Source of the DNA: Hadesarchaea archaeon | Lineage (GTDB): Archaea > Hadarchaeota > Hadarchaeia > Hadarchaeales > Hadarchaeaceae | DNA length: 64,000 nt | Assembly: GCA_029259175.1 (NCBI GenBank) | Contig: JAPDJH010000009.1 | Span: forward strand, 57,610 to 121,609 | Direction of reading: 5' to 3' | Part shown: positions 16,179-25,937 of the stretch, in pieces | Layout: every line of letters begins with the position of its first letter | Numbering within the stretch: position 1 is the stretch's first letter | Notes under the pieces: model-generated | Told to the model about the DNA's origin: nothing | Databases searched by the model: none | What the model saw: the letters and a program-made list of their open reading frames with translations, nothing else | Translations under genes and position numbers: made by a program

Positions 16179-18305
16179 GTGTTGGTGAAGAGACTCGCTC
16201 TCCTAGCTGGAGCAATCCTCATCATTCTCGCCATGGCTCTCCACACTGGAGAAAAGAAGGGAGTTGAGCTGCCCCCGCCGGAGGAGAACCTCGTGCCTTC
16301 TCCATCCCAGCAAGGGCCCGCATGGGAAAACGAAATGGAAGAGATTTTGGTCCAAGTGTTCGAGAGCTCCTATCGAACGGCCGGGCCAGCAGTCGGAGAG
16401 TTCGAGAACGGGCAAGCAGCTGATCTCGTGCTTTTTCAACACGGGTTTGACAACTCCGGAGGCCCACTGAGCTTCAATCACCCCATGGGTCTGACAACCG
16501 ACGGGCAGAGACTGATCCTGGCAGACACGCGCAACAACCGCGTTTTGATCTGGAACGAACTGCCCGACTCAAACACCGTCCCCGACCTCGTGCTCGGCCA
16601 GCCTGATTTCTATCACAACGTTCCCGGCGACGGTTTGGACGAAATGAACTGGCCGGTGGGCGTGGCGACCGATGGCACCAGCCTCGCGGTCGCGGACACG
16701 ATGAACAACCGCGTTCTGGTCTGGCTCGACTTCCCCACCGAAAACGGAGAGCCAGCCGACCTGGCCATCTACGGTCCACCCGACCAGCCCATCGGTGGCC
16801 CTTGGGGCGTCTACTTCCTCGATAACAGATTCATAGTCGTGAGCACTTGGGGCAACTCGGGTGTCTACATCTGGAACCACATCCCCTCAGCCGATGAGCC
16901 ACCGGATCTTGTGCTCACGGGCGACGGAATGATGGGAACGCCGCGGCAGGTGTGGAGCGACGAACAAAGACTGGTCGTTGTGGATCACAACATCGCGCTC
17001 GAATCTGGGGGATCCCAGCCCGGCATGCTTTTCTGGCTGGACTTTCCGACTGCTGACGAGCCACCCGACTTTTACATGACCGGAATGCTGTGGGGACCAG
17101 CGATGGACCACCAGGGGCGCTTCATGGTGCTCAACAACTACGGCCTAGCGATATGGAACGATTTCCCCGCAGGACCGGACGACGAAGCAGATCTGGTCAT
17201 AGGCTCTCCAATGATTGCAGAGTGGATCAGGCGACAGGAGTACCGCTTCGACGATGGAGATGGATCGAGCATTGTTCCTGCGGGCGACCGGCTGTACATC
17301 TCGCTGTACAATGCCAACATGGTGGTCGGCTACCGGTCCTTGCCTGCTTCGCCGGACGATCTGCCAGACTTCGCCTTGGGATCGACGAGTATTTGGATAA
17401 ATCCGATGGAAAACAAGGGTTTCTTCGAGAACCCCGTTCCCGCCTCGGATGGGGAGCACCTCTTCGTGGCCAGCGGATTCAGCAGGCGTCTGTGCGTCTG
17501 GCGCAATATTCCCGATGAGAGCGGTGCAACCCCCGATGTGATCTACACGTTTCCAAATCTTGAGCCCACCAACGTTTGGGTGGAAAACGGAAAGCTGGCG
17601 CTCGGAACGAACAGCTCAATCGTCTACATCTGGAATCACTTGCCCCTAGCAGGCGAACTTCCAGATGTTGTTCTCAACCTAGAAAACATCTTTGCCCCTC
17701 CGGAGAGCGATTCAGCCGAAACCGGCATCATCCCCGTGTGGGTTTGCCTGGCCAAAAACCGGCTGTTCGTTTGGGAGGTCGGGGGGACGATTCTGGTGTG
17801 GAACGAGGTGCCCACAGAGCAAGAGGACCCGGATCTCGTCATCCCCACCGATCTCCCGATCTCGTGGCTGTGTGTGGACGACGATCGCCTAGTCGTTACG
17901 ACAAGGGACGATGAGGTCAGGGTGTATGACCTAATTGACCTCCTCTCCCTCCAGCCCCCGGCTACCGAAAAACTGAGCAAAGAGGGGGCTCCCCAGATCG
18001 AAAATGCTCTGCGTTTGGTATTGAGAAGGGATGCGAACAGGGAGGAGTTTAGAGCCCCCACCGGTGTCCACTCGCGAGAAAACAAGCTCTTGCTAGTAGA
18101 CCTAGAGCTGAGCGAGGTGTTTATCTGGAACGGATTCCCCACCCAGAACGACCAGCCACCGGACGCCGTTTTGGGGAGTAAAATGGAGTGGGCAACCAAC
18201 AGCAACACATTCTTCTGGCCAGCGATGGTGTGGTACGATGGAGACCACCTCTGGGTCGGGGAAACCAAATTCTCGAACAGACTTCTGAGATTCTCGCCCT
18301 CATAG
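16179..18305 (+). CDS. Secreted/membrane-anchored NHL-repeat-like beta-propeller protein
   Basis: N-terminal signal; repeated P.G..TDG..L..ADT.NNRVL.W..P......DLVLG units. Confidence 0.8.
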   Translation: MLVKRLALLAGAILIILAMALHTGEKKGVELPPPEENLVPSPSQQGPAWENEMEEILVQVFESSYRTAGPAVGEFENGQAADLVLFQHGFDNSGGPLSFNHPMGLTTDGQRLILADTRNNRVLIWNELPDSNTVPDLVLGQPDFYHNVPGDGLDEMNWPVGVATDGTSLAVADTMNNRVLVWLDFPTENGEPADLAIYGPPDQPIGGPWGVYFLDNRFIVVSTWGNSGVYIWNHIPSADEPPDLVLTGDGMMGTPRQVWSDEQRLVVVDHNIALESGGSQPGMLFWLDFPTADEPPDFYMTGMLWGPAMDHQGRFMVLNNYGLAIWNDFPAGPDDEADLVIGSPMIAEWIRRQEYRFDDGDGSSIVPAGDRLYISLYNANMVVGYRSLPASPDDLPDFALGSTSIWINPMENKGFFENPVPASDGEHLFVASGFSRRLCVWRNIPDESGATPDVIYTFPNLEPTNVWVENGKLALGTNSSIVYIWNHLPLAGELPDVVLNLENIFAPPESDSAETGIIPVWVCLAKNRLFVWEVGGTILVWNEVPTEQEDPDLVIPTDLPISWLCVDDDRLVVTTRDDEVRVYDLIDLLSLQPPATEKLSKEGAPQIENALRLVLRRDANREEFRAPTGVHSRENKLLLVDLELSEVFIWNGFPTQNDQPPDAVLGSKMEWATNSNTFFWPAMVWYDGDHLWVGETKFSNRLLRFSPS

Positions 18306-18309
18306 AAGC

Positions 18310-18378
18310 GGGTGTCCCGCGCCCGGTGGAACCTGAGCCATCGCCTCGTCTCCTCAGGCGCATGGCAGGCGCGGGCAT
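18310..18378 (-). ncRNA. Candidate archaeal box H/ACA guide RNA
   Basis: Minus strand CCCGCGCC-UGCCA-UGCGCC-UGA-loop-CGAU-GGCUCA-GGUUCCACCG-GGCGCGGG-ACA: basal stem, pocket, K-loop, ACA box; TTTTTAG about 25 nt upstream. Confidence 0.65.
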
Positions 18379-18495
18379 AGAAAATTTTTCTTTCTCACTA
18401 AAAAGGGTTACAAGTCTATAACACTGTCCACAAACATGCTGAGTATGATCCAGTCGTCTATAAGTGTAGTGTGCTCATCCGAAAGTATTCTGATC

Positions 18496-19296
18496 CTAAA
18501 AAGCTGATTCACACTTTAGACCTAGAACTTTAGATTTCCGCTCGATTTCTTTTTTTACACTTCTCCACCACTCTGGCGTTTGCAAGATCTTTTTTATCTT
18601 AGCAACTTCCTCCGCGCCAAATACTCGTTCAAGTCTCTCGAGCACACCCGTTTTTACGTTGAGCTTATCATACATCACATAACTTCCACTAGACTTGGCT
18701 TCTCGCAACACTTCTTCGATTTGCTCGGGCGAATCGTTCACACCTGGGATTATAGGGCCCAAGAACAGCCACGTCTCCACATTACGCTCTTTGAATTCCT
18801 TCAGAACCTGAACACGTGCATCGGGATCCGGCGCACGAGGTTCAATTTTAGAAACGACATCTGCATCCAGCGTGGTAACCGTCACGCCCACTTCGAATTT
18901 CTCCCCCCGGATAAGATCCCGATCGCGCAACACCAGATCAGATTTGGTCTGAATGCAAACACCAAAACCCGAATCGCGGAGAACCTCCAAACACCGTCTG
19001 GTAAGCTCCACCTCTTTTTCAATTGGCTGGTAGGGATCACAGACTGTAGAAACACCCACCACCCCCGGCCGCTTACGTCTCACTTCAGCCCTCAGCACCT
19101 CAGCCACATTCTCCTTAAGCCAAACATCCTGTCCCCACCTCTCCACCAGTTCGGCATCTCTCAGAATAGCTGGAGAGTAACAGTAGAGACAGCCGTGCTC
19201 ACATCCGCGATAGGGATTAAGAGCATAATCCAGTCCCGGAAGTCCGCTTTTCGATAGCGCGCTCTTGCACCGCATCAGGTGGTACCTTGCTTTCAT
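18496..19296 (-). CDS. Radical SAM protein, SplB/spore photoproduct lyase-like
   Basis: LNPYRGCEHGCLYCY, DPYQP.E, TKS, EP.AP. Confidence 0.9.
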   Translation of the reverse strand: MKARYHLMRCKSALSKSGLPGLDYALNPYRGCEHGCLYCYSPAILRDAELVERWGQDVWLKENVAEVLRAEVRRKRPGVVGVSTVCDPYQPIEKEVELTRRCLEVLRDSGFGVCIQTKSDLVLRDRDLIRGEKFEVGVTVTTLDADVVSKIEPRAPDPDARVQVLKEFKERNVETWLFLGPIIPGVNDSPEQIEEVLREAKSSGSYVMYDKLNVKTGVLERLERVFGAEEVAKIKKILQTPEWWRSVKKEIERKSKVLGLKCESAF

Positions 19297-20609
19297 GTCA
19301 AGAACTCCGTTATTCGTTTTTGATGTAAAACACGCCTAAGCATCCAACTGTGCTTTATCCATTCTCCAAGAGGAATAGTCAGATGGCTCATAGCATGCTC
19401 CAACGCCTCGCGTAGAGTGTCAAACCGTGCTGGTTTCTGCCGCACCATCGCCCTCACACTTTCTCTAACATTCCACACGCCCACCGGCAATATATATCCG
19501 GGATGAATCTCACGCAACACCAGCACCGCAGCCTGACGTTTTTCTCTTACCAGCTGCTCACACACGGCCAACCTGCAAGAATAGTAACATCCTCCCACTT
19601 CGGGATAGGTCGTTCTCCCCCAATACTCTTCGTAGTCTCCCATCATCGCTGGTTTAGCGGCAAATCTGTCCGGATTCCATGTGGTCCCCGGAAACCAGGC
19701 CTCTATCCACTCGTAACTCCAGCTCTCAGGAAAGAAGATCCCGACAAATCGATTATCAAGGTGGCGAAAAGCGTAGACCCTGTACTCATCGATCACCGGA
19801 TAGGTCTTCACCTCGTCCATCAACCGCTGGGACACGATCGAGTCCACGGCAGTTATGCTCCAACGTGTTGGAACTAGACGTCTGCGCTCTTGGACTCCAA
19901 ACATCCCGAGACTAAACGCGCGCTGAATCCTGCTGATCTCAACCCCCTGCGAATACAGCTCCCAAACGGCGTCCGCGGCTTTGAGATCCCGGTCATAAAA
20001 CGTCCGCTCGAGCTTGTGATCGGAACCACCCACACTCGCTCGAAAGCTGCGCATGGGGGCTGAAGGGCCAAAAGGAGGGATCTCATTTCCGAGTGTCAGA
20101 ACTGCACTTGGTTTGCGTTCTAAAACCAGCTCGGCATCCGCAGGAGTGCGGCTAAGCAACATCTCTTGAAGTGTCTCAAGAATGCGGCTACCCGTAGCCG
20201 CATCACGAACATCAGCGCGTGTTTTTCCGCGAATCAGCGAAAAACGAAAATCAATTATTTCCTGAATGTCACGGCCAAGCCATTGCTCGGGAGTATCAAG
20301 TATCGATGTATCCCCCCTTATTGGCGGAACCATTGGCCCTACTAAAACCTTCGGATATCCTATTCGGCCTACAAAGACTCCTGGAGGGCTCGATCCTTCT
20401 ACTATCGAGGAATTGATTTTCAATGATGTTTTCACAAGCGAGCGGGCGCGGGCAAGAACTGGGCAACGCAGCTTGCCGCATAACATGCGCCCGCCCTTGC
20501 AGTGCAAACACACCGCACCGGAACGCGTGCTCACCACTTTGAAACTCGTGAGTTCCCGAGCGATGTTCGATGGAACAACATCGGCGAGCCAGCTCATAGC
20601 CCGATTCAT
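19293..20609 (-). CDS. nreA: Nre-family DNA repair protein with C-terminal PIP box
   Basis: C..CKG...LCG..CP, SPPGVFVGRIGYP, LVPTRWSITAVD, PVGVWNVRE; terminal QKRITEF. Confidence 0.92.
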   Translation of the reverse strand: MNRAMSWLADVVPSNIARELTSFKVVSTRSGAVCLHCKGGRMLCGKLRCPVLARARSLVKTSLKINSSIVEGSSPPGVFVGRIGYPKVLVGPMVPPIRGDTSILDTPEQWLGRDIQEIIDFRFSLIRGKTRADVRDAATGSRILETLQEMLLSRTPADAELVLERKPSAVLTLGNEIPPFGPSAPMRSFRASVGGSDHKLERTFYDRDLKAADAVWELYSQGVEISRIQRAFSLGMFGVQERRRLVPTRWSITAVDSIVSQRLMDEVKTYPVIDEYRVYAFRHLDNRFVGIFFPESWSYEWIEAWFPGTTWNPDRFAAKPAMMGDYEEYWGRTTYPEVGGCYYSCRLAVCEQLVREKRQAAVLVLREIHPGYILPVGVWNVRESVRAMVRQKPARFDTLREALEHAMSHLTIPLGEWIKHSWMLRRVLHQKRITEFLT

Positions 20610-20742
20610 GCGCTGCCCCTCTCTTCCTACGTGTCACCAAACTTTGTTTATTTCTTCACACCACACCAAAAATAATCCATCTGCGCGTTAGGGCCACCGT
20701 ATAGGTCTTATACATCGAGAATCCTCTTTTTTCTTGGTTTGA

Positions 20743-21750
20743 ATGATCGACTACGATCTCGAACCCCACACAGTCGCCCGATTTTTGAAACAACACCGAG
20801 CAAAGCGAGTAGGAATCCAGCTCCCAGCCGGTCTGCGCCCTTTCTGGCCCAAGATCGCACACACCGTGCGCAAAAGTGGTTCCACACCTTTATTCCTCAA
20901 AACGTGCTATGGTGCATGCGACCTCGCGGATCTCCAAGCCAAACAACTCGGATGTGATGTGCTCCTGCACTACGGTCACGCAGATATGGGGCTTCCGACC
21001 CTAGTTCCAACCCTCTATGTTGAAGCCCGCGTGAAGAGAATCACGCTGGGAGCCATAGGGCTCTTCGCCAAACGAGTCCACGGGTCCCGGATCGGTCTCT
21101 TCACGACCGTACAGTATGTCGAACATCTCCCACGGATTGTAGAAAAACTGAGGGAACTCGGTTTGAAGCCAGTCATTGGAAAACCCGGGCCCAGGACCAA
21201 GTACCGCGGCCAAGTGCTGGGTTGTGATTTCAGTTGTGTCAAACAGATATCAAAAAAATGTGAAGCTTTGCTTTACGTCGGGACGGGAAGATTTCATCCT
21301 CTCGGGTGTGCAATCGCGACTCGCAAGCCCGTGTATATCGCCAATCCGCTCACAGGAAAGCTAAGCCAAATCGGTGGCTTGAGCGAGTTTCTTCAAAGCC
21401 GCAAAGCCGCCATTTCTAAAGCTGCTAGTGGCCGTCGGTTCGGTGTGATAGTCTCAACCAAGCGAGGACAAGCCCGTTATGCGTTGGCCCTCCAATTGGT
21501 GGAAAAGCTTATCACCAATAGAAGAACCGCAGAGCTCGTAGTACTTGACGAGGTACTTCCAGAACACTTAGCTGATTATTCCTTCGACGCCCTGGTGTGT
21601 ACGGCCTGTCCTCGCATACCGATCGATGATTCTCCGCGATACGAAGTACCACTGCTAACCCCTTTCGAGCTTTCCGTCATGCTAGGAGAACGTCCGCTCG
21701 AGGATTACCAAATGGACGAAATCGTGCGAACAGATTTTGGAAAGATTTAA
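20743..21750 (+). CDS. dph2: Diphthamide biosynthesis enzyme Dph2
   Basis: QLPAGL, CYGACD, HYGH, GQVLGCD, GRFHP, TACPRI. Confidence 0.93.
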   Translation: MIDYDLEPHTVARFLKQHRAKRVGIQLPAGLRPFWPKIAHTVRKSGSTPLFLKTCYGACDLADLQAKQLGCDVLLHYGHADMGLPTLVPTLYVEARVKRITLGAIGLFAKRVHGSRIGLFTTVQYVEHLPRIVEKLRELGLKPVIGKPGPRTKYRGQVLGCDFSCVKQISKKCEALLYVGTGRFHPLGCAIATRKPVYIANPLTGKLSQIGGLSEFLQSRKAAISKAASGRRFGVIVSTKRGQARYALALQLVEKLITNRRTAELVVLDEVLPEHLADYSFDALVCTACPRIPIDDSPRYEVPLLTPFELSVMLGERPLEDYQMDEIVRTDFGKI

Positions 21751-21782
21751 GCCTTCTAGAAGCAGGGGAGTATGGGACAAGC

Positions 21783-22361
21783 ATGGAAGTCAAGACCGGA
21801 GACTTTGTTCTGCCAGGAGACTTTCTAGCCACGGCAGAAGAATTCGTGCCTGGAGAAGGAGCTTACGAAGAGAACGGAAACATCTACTCGTCAACAGTTG
21901 GAATGGTGCTGGTAGATATCCGCACCAAAAAAATCTCCGTGTTCCCCAAAACCAAAACACCACCAACTCTGAAAATCGGAGATATCGTGATCGGACGAGT
22001 AGAAGAGGTGCGTGACCAATTTCTAACGGTTTCCATCGCCGCTCTCGTGGGAAATGAAAACAGAGAACTGCCGCCACCGAGGCTGGCCCTAATTCATATC
22101 TCCAAGGTTCAAGCGGGCTTTGTTAAGGATTTGAGTAAGCTTTTCAAGCCAGGAGACATCATCAAAGCGAAGGTTCTGAATGCGCAACCAGAGTTAATAC
22201 AGCTCACCACCATCGGGAGGGAGCTCGGCGTGCTCGTTGCTTTCTGCTCCCGTTGCCGCTCCCCTCTAGATCGAGAAGGGAACAAGTTGAGATGTCCTTC
22301 GTGCGGATCGGTCGAGACCAGAAAGCTGTCCGTGCACTACCGACAGGAAGTAGCAAAATGA
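21783..22361 (+). CDS. csl4: Exosome subunit Csl4
   Basis: VLPGD...EEF.PGEG, S1 domain, C-terminal Zn ribbon with ETRKLS. Confidence 0.93.
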   Translation: MEVKTGDFVLPGDFLATAEEFVPGEGAYEENGNIYSSTVGMVLVDIRTKKISVFPKTKTPPTLKIGDIVIGRVEEVRDQFLTVSIAALVGNENRELPPPRLALIHISKVQAGFVKDLSKLFKPGDIIKAKVLNAQPELIQLTTIGRELGVLVAFCSRCRSPLDREGNKLRCPSCGSVETRKLSVHYRQEVAK

Positions 22362-22558
22362 AAAAGCAACTCACCATCAAAACCGGAAGTCTAGCTCAGA
22401 TGATCCAGACGCTTGAGAAACTGGAGACCCTCAACGTGGATTTAGACGCCGAAGGGAGAGGAAAAACCATCACTCTCACCCTATACGGCGACAAAGCAGA
22501 CATCAAACGCGCGCTCCACAAGTTGCGCCAGATCCGCGAATCGAGCAAGGATTTATAA
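22358..22558 (+). CDS. Small hypothetical protein (possibly DUF2067 N-terminal-like)
   Basis: ATGA overlap with csl4 stop; 66 aa; syntenic position between csl4 and rpoL. Confidence 0.6.
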   Translation: MKKQLTIKTGSLAQMIQTLEKLETLNVDLDAEGRGKTITLTLYGDKADIKRALHKLRQIRESSKDL

Positions 22559-22590
22559 AAACCGGGTTGGAGTGAAGGAAGGGGGTCCTC

Positions 22591-22875
22591 GTGGAAATAG
22601 AAGTAGTAAAAAAGGAAAAAAACGACCTAACACTACGAATCGAAGGTGAAACCCACACGCTGATGAATCTCCTGTGCTCCGAACTTTACGCGGACGATAG
22701 CGTGAAAGTCGCGTCCTACACCCTCGAACATCCGTTGACACGGGTGGTACTGTTTCATTTGAAAACGGCTGGCAAATCGCCTGAAAAAGCTCTCAGCTCT
22801 GCTACCGACAGGATCGTCGAAAAGCTGGAGGAACTGAAAAAGGAATTTCAGACAAAACTGAAAAGGCGCGAATAA
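22591..22875 (+). CDS. rpoL: RNA polymerase subunit L (Rpo11)
   Basis: IEGETHTLMNLL, ASYTLEHPL. Confidence 0.95.
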   Translation: MEIEVVKKEKNDLTLRIEGETHTLMNLLCSELYADDSVKVASYTLEHPLTRVVLFHLKTAGKSPEKALSSATDRIVEKLEELKKEFQTKLKRRE

Positions 22876-22912
22876 AGTTTTACATCTCTGCGTTCAACTC
22901 TTTTACGATCCC

Positions 22913-23503
22913 ATGCGCCACTTTCACATCAAGCCAGAAATCCGAGTGCTAGGGGTTGACGACGGACCCCATAGTGGTTCTCATCCGGTGCCACTAGTGG
23001 GGGTCGTGTTTCGGGGTAATCGATGGTTTGAGGGGATTCTAAAAACCGAAATCACGAAAGACGGGATGGACGTCACCGACAAACTTATCGAAATGGTGAA
23101 AACAAGCCGACAGTTGGGGCAGCTCCGTATCATCATAACTGATGGAATCACGTTTGCAGGGTTCAATGTGTTGGATATTCGCCGAGTTTTTAATGAACTT
23201 GGTCTTCCCGTCATAGCCGTTTCACGCACTAAACCCAACATGCGAGATATCAAAAAAGCACTCAAGAATCTGCCCGATTGGCCAAGGAGATGGGACATCA
23301 TCCGGCGCTCCGGTAAAGTCTACGCCCTCAGGCCTCTCAGGGGCACTCGTCCGATATATGTCCAGCCAATGGGGATTGATCGAAAAACCGCCAAACAAAT
23401 CGTTGAGCACACGCGTGGACGAAGTTCTATTCCCGAACCTGTGCGTGTAGCTCATATGGTCGCAACTGCAATAGTGAGAGGGGAAAGTCATGGCGGGGCA
23501 TAA
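22913..23503 (+). CDS. DUF99-family (EndoV-like) protein
   Basis: IRVLGVDD, DGMD.T, GITFAGFNV, IPEPVRVAH. Confidence 0.9.
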   Translation: MRHFHIKPEIRVLGVDDGPHSGSHPVPLVGVVFRGNRWFEGILKTEITKDGMDVTDKLIEMVKTSRQLGQLRIIITDGITFAGFNVLDIRRVFNELGLPVIAVSRTKPNMRDIKKALKNLPDWPRRWDIIRRSGKVYALRPLRGTRPIYVQPMGIDRKTAKQIVEHTRGRSSIPEPVRVAHMVATAIVRGESHGGA

Positions 23504-24089
23504 ACTCCTACGCAAATTAGCCAGCTGGTTAACTCGTCATTCGACTGTGAAAGAAATAGTCGAAACCGTTCTCTTTATAGTGGCCCTTTATTTTCTCATC
23601 GTCGGCGTTCTGATTCTTGCGTTCAACACCTCCTCTTACTGGATGGGGGTGGTTTCCAACAGTATGAAGCACGAAGAGTGGGTGGACTGGAAGCTGTATT
23701 TCCAAGATCAAAGCATGCGCCAATTTCTGCTCAGTCAGTCGAACCTCGAGTACATAAGCGAACAAGACCACCTCTACGACCCCGACCATTTTCCAATTCA
23801 AGGAGGATTCACGCGAGGAGACCTGTTAGTGATTCGCGGTGTAAACTCCATCTCGGAGATATCCGTGGGTGATGTAATCATCATCGAAAGACCAAACGAC
23901 ATCCCACTGACTCACCGGGTTTTCGCTGCTTGGGAGGAAAACGGGAAGATAAGATTTACGACGAAGGGCGATTACAATTCGTATTTGCTTAGCGACGACA
24001 TGATAGTTTATCCGGAGCAGATAATCGGCAAAGTGGTTTATGTAATACCAAAGCTCGGAAACATATCCGTGTGGTTCCAGGGGAGATGA
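23490..24089 (+). CDS. Signal peptidase I (Sec11-type)
   Basis: TM, VVSNSM, GDL, THRV, TKGDYN, IIGKV..IP..G. Confidence 0.9.
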   Translation: MAGHKLLRKLASWLTRHSTVKEIVETVLFIVALYFLIVGVLILAFNTSSYWMGVVSNSMKHEEWVDWKLYFQDQSMRQFLLSQSNLEYISEQDHLYDPDHFPIQGGFTRGDLLVIRGVNSISEISVGDVIIIERPNDIPLTHRVFAAWEENGKIRFTTKGDYNSYLLSDDMIVYPEQIIGKVVYVIPKLGNISVWFQGR

Positions 24090-24093
24090 ATCC

Positions 24094-24483
24094 ATGCGAA
24101 AACCAGCCGTTACTGTGGACATCATAATAAGAACTCCGAGAGGGGTGGTGCTGGTAAAGCGAAAAAATCCGCCTTTTAAAGGCATGTGGGCGCTTCCTGG
24201 AGGGTTTGTGGAGTACGGAGAGCGGGTGGAAGACGCCGCCGTCCGAGAAGCTCTGGAAGAAACTGGCCTCAAAATCCGGTTGAAAAAAGTTGTCGGAGTG
24301 TATTCAGACCCAAATCGTGATCCGCGAGGGCACGTGATCAGCATATGTTTCCTCGCAGAGCCCAGCGGAGGCGCCCTGAAAGCGTCCACTGATGCGATGC
24401 GGGTAAAAACCTTCAAGAAAATCCCTTGGAAAAAGTTGGCCTTTGACCATGCCAAGATTTTAAAGGATGCGGGATTTAGGTGA
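24094..24483 (+). CDS. NUDIX hydrolase (ADP-ribose pyrophosphatase-like)
   Basis: WALPGGFVEYGE...AAVREALEETG, RDPRGH, AFDH. Confidence 0.95.
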   Translation: MRKPAVTVDIIIRTPRGVVLVKRKNPPFKGMWALPGGFVEYGERVEDAAVREALEETGLKIRLKKVVGVYSDPNRDPRGHVISICFLAEPSGGALKASTDAMRVKTFKKIPWKKLAFDHAKILKDAGFR

Positions 24484-24487
24484 TGAG

Positions 24488-24796
24488 ATGCAGCGGACTT
24501 GTCCGAAGTGTGGCGGAATTATGGGATTGAAAAAATCTGAGGATAAAACACTTCTCGTGTGCATGCGATGTGGACATGTTGAAGAAGCGAAGAAGCCTGC
24601 TGAAAAGAAAACTGCAGAAGTCCCGGTGATTGAATCACCAACAGAGAAGGCCCTCCCCACGACCAAGATCGAATGTCCTAAATGTGGCAACGATAAAGCC
24701 TTTTGGTGGATGCAGCAGACCAGATCGGCCGATGAGCCCAGCACCAGATTTTACAAATGCACCAAGTGCGGCCATGTGTGGCGAGAATATGCGTGA
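24488..24796 (+). CDS. tfs: Transcription factor S
   Basis: Two Zn ribbons; QTRSADEP acidic dyad. Confidence 0.95.
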   Translation: MQRTCPKCGGIMGLKKSEDKTLLVCMRCGHVEEAKKPAEKKTAEVPVIESPTEKALPTTKIECPKCGNDKAFWWMQQTRSADEPSTRFYKCTKCGHVWREYA

Positions 24797-24805
24797 GGTG
24801 AAGAA

Positions 24806-25153
24806 ATGAACGCTACGGCTTTCCGGATTTCAGGAAAACTTCGAGACATCAGGGAAATACGAGTCGAAGATAAACGCGTCACAGTCGTGGGCATAGTGGT
24901 CGCGAAAGACGAATCCAGCATCATGATTGACGACGGCACTGGACAGGCGGCTGTTATCTTTGACAACCCGCGGTGGCTGGAAAACGTAGAGGTAGGTTCC
25001 GTTGTAAAGGTGATGGGAACACCACTTGAAGCTGAGGGAGGAATGGAGATCCACGCAGATTTGCTCCAGCGGATGAACGGATTGGACTTGAAACTATACC
25101 GGAAAGCCAGGGAAGAATTAAAAGAACTGGAACGAGAGATAAGAGGGGATTGA
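24806..25153 (+). CDS. OB-fold protein, RPA3/RPA14-like small subunit
   Basis: I.EI....RV..VG.V, IDDGTG.A, G.VV.V.G, I.A...Q....DL..Y plus C-terminal helix. Confidence 0.7.
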   Translation: MNATAFRISGKLRDIREIRVEDKRVTVVGIVVAKDESSIMIDDGTGQAAVIFDNPRWLENVEVGSVVKVMGTPLEAEGGMEIHADLLQRMNGLDLKLYRKAREELKELEREIRGD

Positions 25154-25154
25154 T

Positions 25155-25901
25155 ATGGTTAGAGTTTCGATGAGTGAACCCAAGGTTTGGAAGACGTTTG
25201 TAAGCTCTGTAACGGCGCTTATCGAAGAAGCGGCTTTCGTGTTTAGCCCAGAGGGGGTCAGAATGAAGGCCATGGATCCGTCCAAAATATCCTTGGTGGA
25301 GTTCGAACTATCGCCCAAGGCCTTTGACGAGTTCAATGTGAAGGAAAAAACAGTAGTCGGAATAAAACTCACGGAATTTGAACGTGCTCTTTCTCGTATG
25401 AAATCCAAGGATCAGCTCATTCTAGATGTTGATACTGAAAAAAACCGCTTAAACCTCGTCTTCAAAGGCGCATCCACAAGACGGCTCGGAATTCCGCTCC
25501 TAAGCATGGAAGAGGAGGAACTCCCAGAACCCAAGCTCTCCTTCGCAGCAAAGGTCGTAGTTAGGGCTGAAGTGCTGAAGGATGGTCTCAAAGACGCCGA
25601 AATGATAGCTGAAAACGTGCGGCTCAGTGCAGATAAAAAGAGCTTCTCGCTAACAGCTGAAAGCGATCGTGGGAGCAGCGAGCTCGTGTTGTCGACCGGG
25701 GACGAGGGGCTCATCTCCTTAGAAGTTAGTGAGCCCGCGACCGCGATTTACAGTGTGAGATATTTGAAAGACATGACCAGCGGTGCATCGGCATCGGACA
25801 ACATAACCCTCAAGTTTAGCACAGATCTGCCCCTCGAGATCGATTTCAATGTGGAAAACGGCAAGTTTAGGTATCTGCTCGCCCCACGTGTCGAGGCTTA
25901 A
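25155..25901 (+). CDS. pcn: PCNA sliding clamp
   Basis: AMDPSKISLV, YS..YL, D.PL, YLLAPRVE. Confidence 0.97.
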   Translation: MVRVSMSEPKVWKTFVSSVTALIEEAAFVFSPEGVRMKAMDPSKISLVEFELSPKAFDEFNVKEKTVVGIKLTEFERALSRMKSKDQLILDVDTEKNRLNLVFKGASTRRLGIPLLSMEEEELPEPKLSFAAKVVVRAEVLKDGLKDAEMIAENVRLSADKKSFSLTAESDRGSSELVLSTGDEGLISLEVSEPATAIYSVRYLKDMTSGASASDNITLKFSTDLPLEIDFNVENGKFRYLLAPRVEA

Positions 25902-25937
25902 CCCTCGTCTATTAGAAGATCTAGACCGAGTCTGTAG

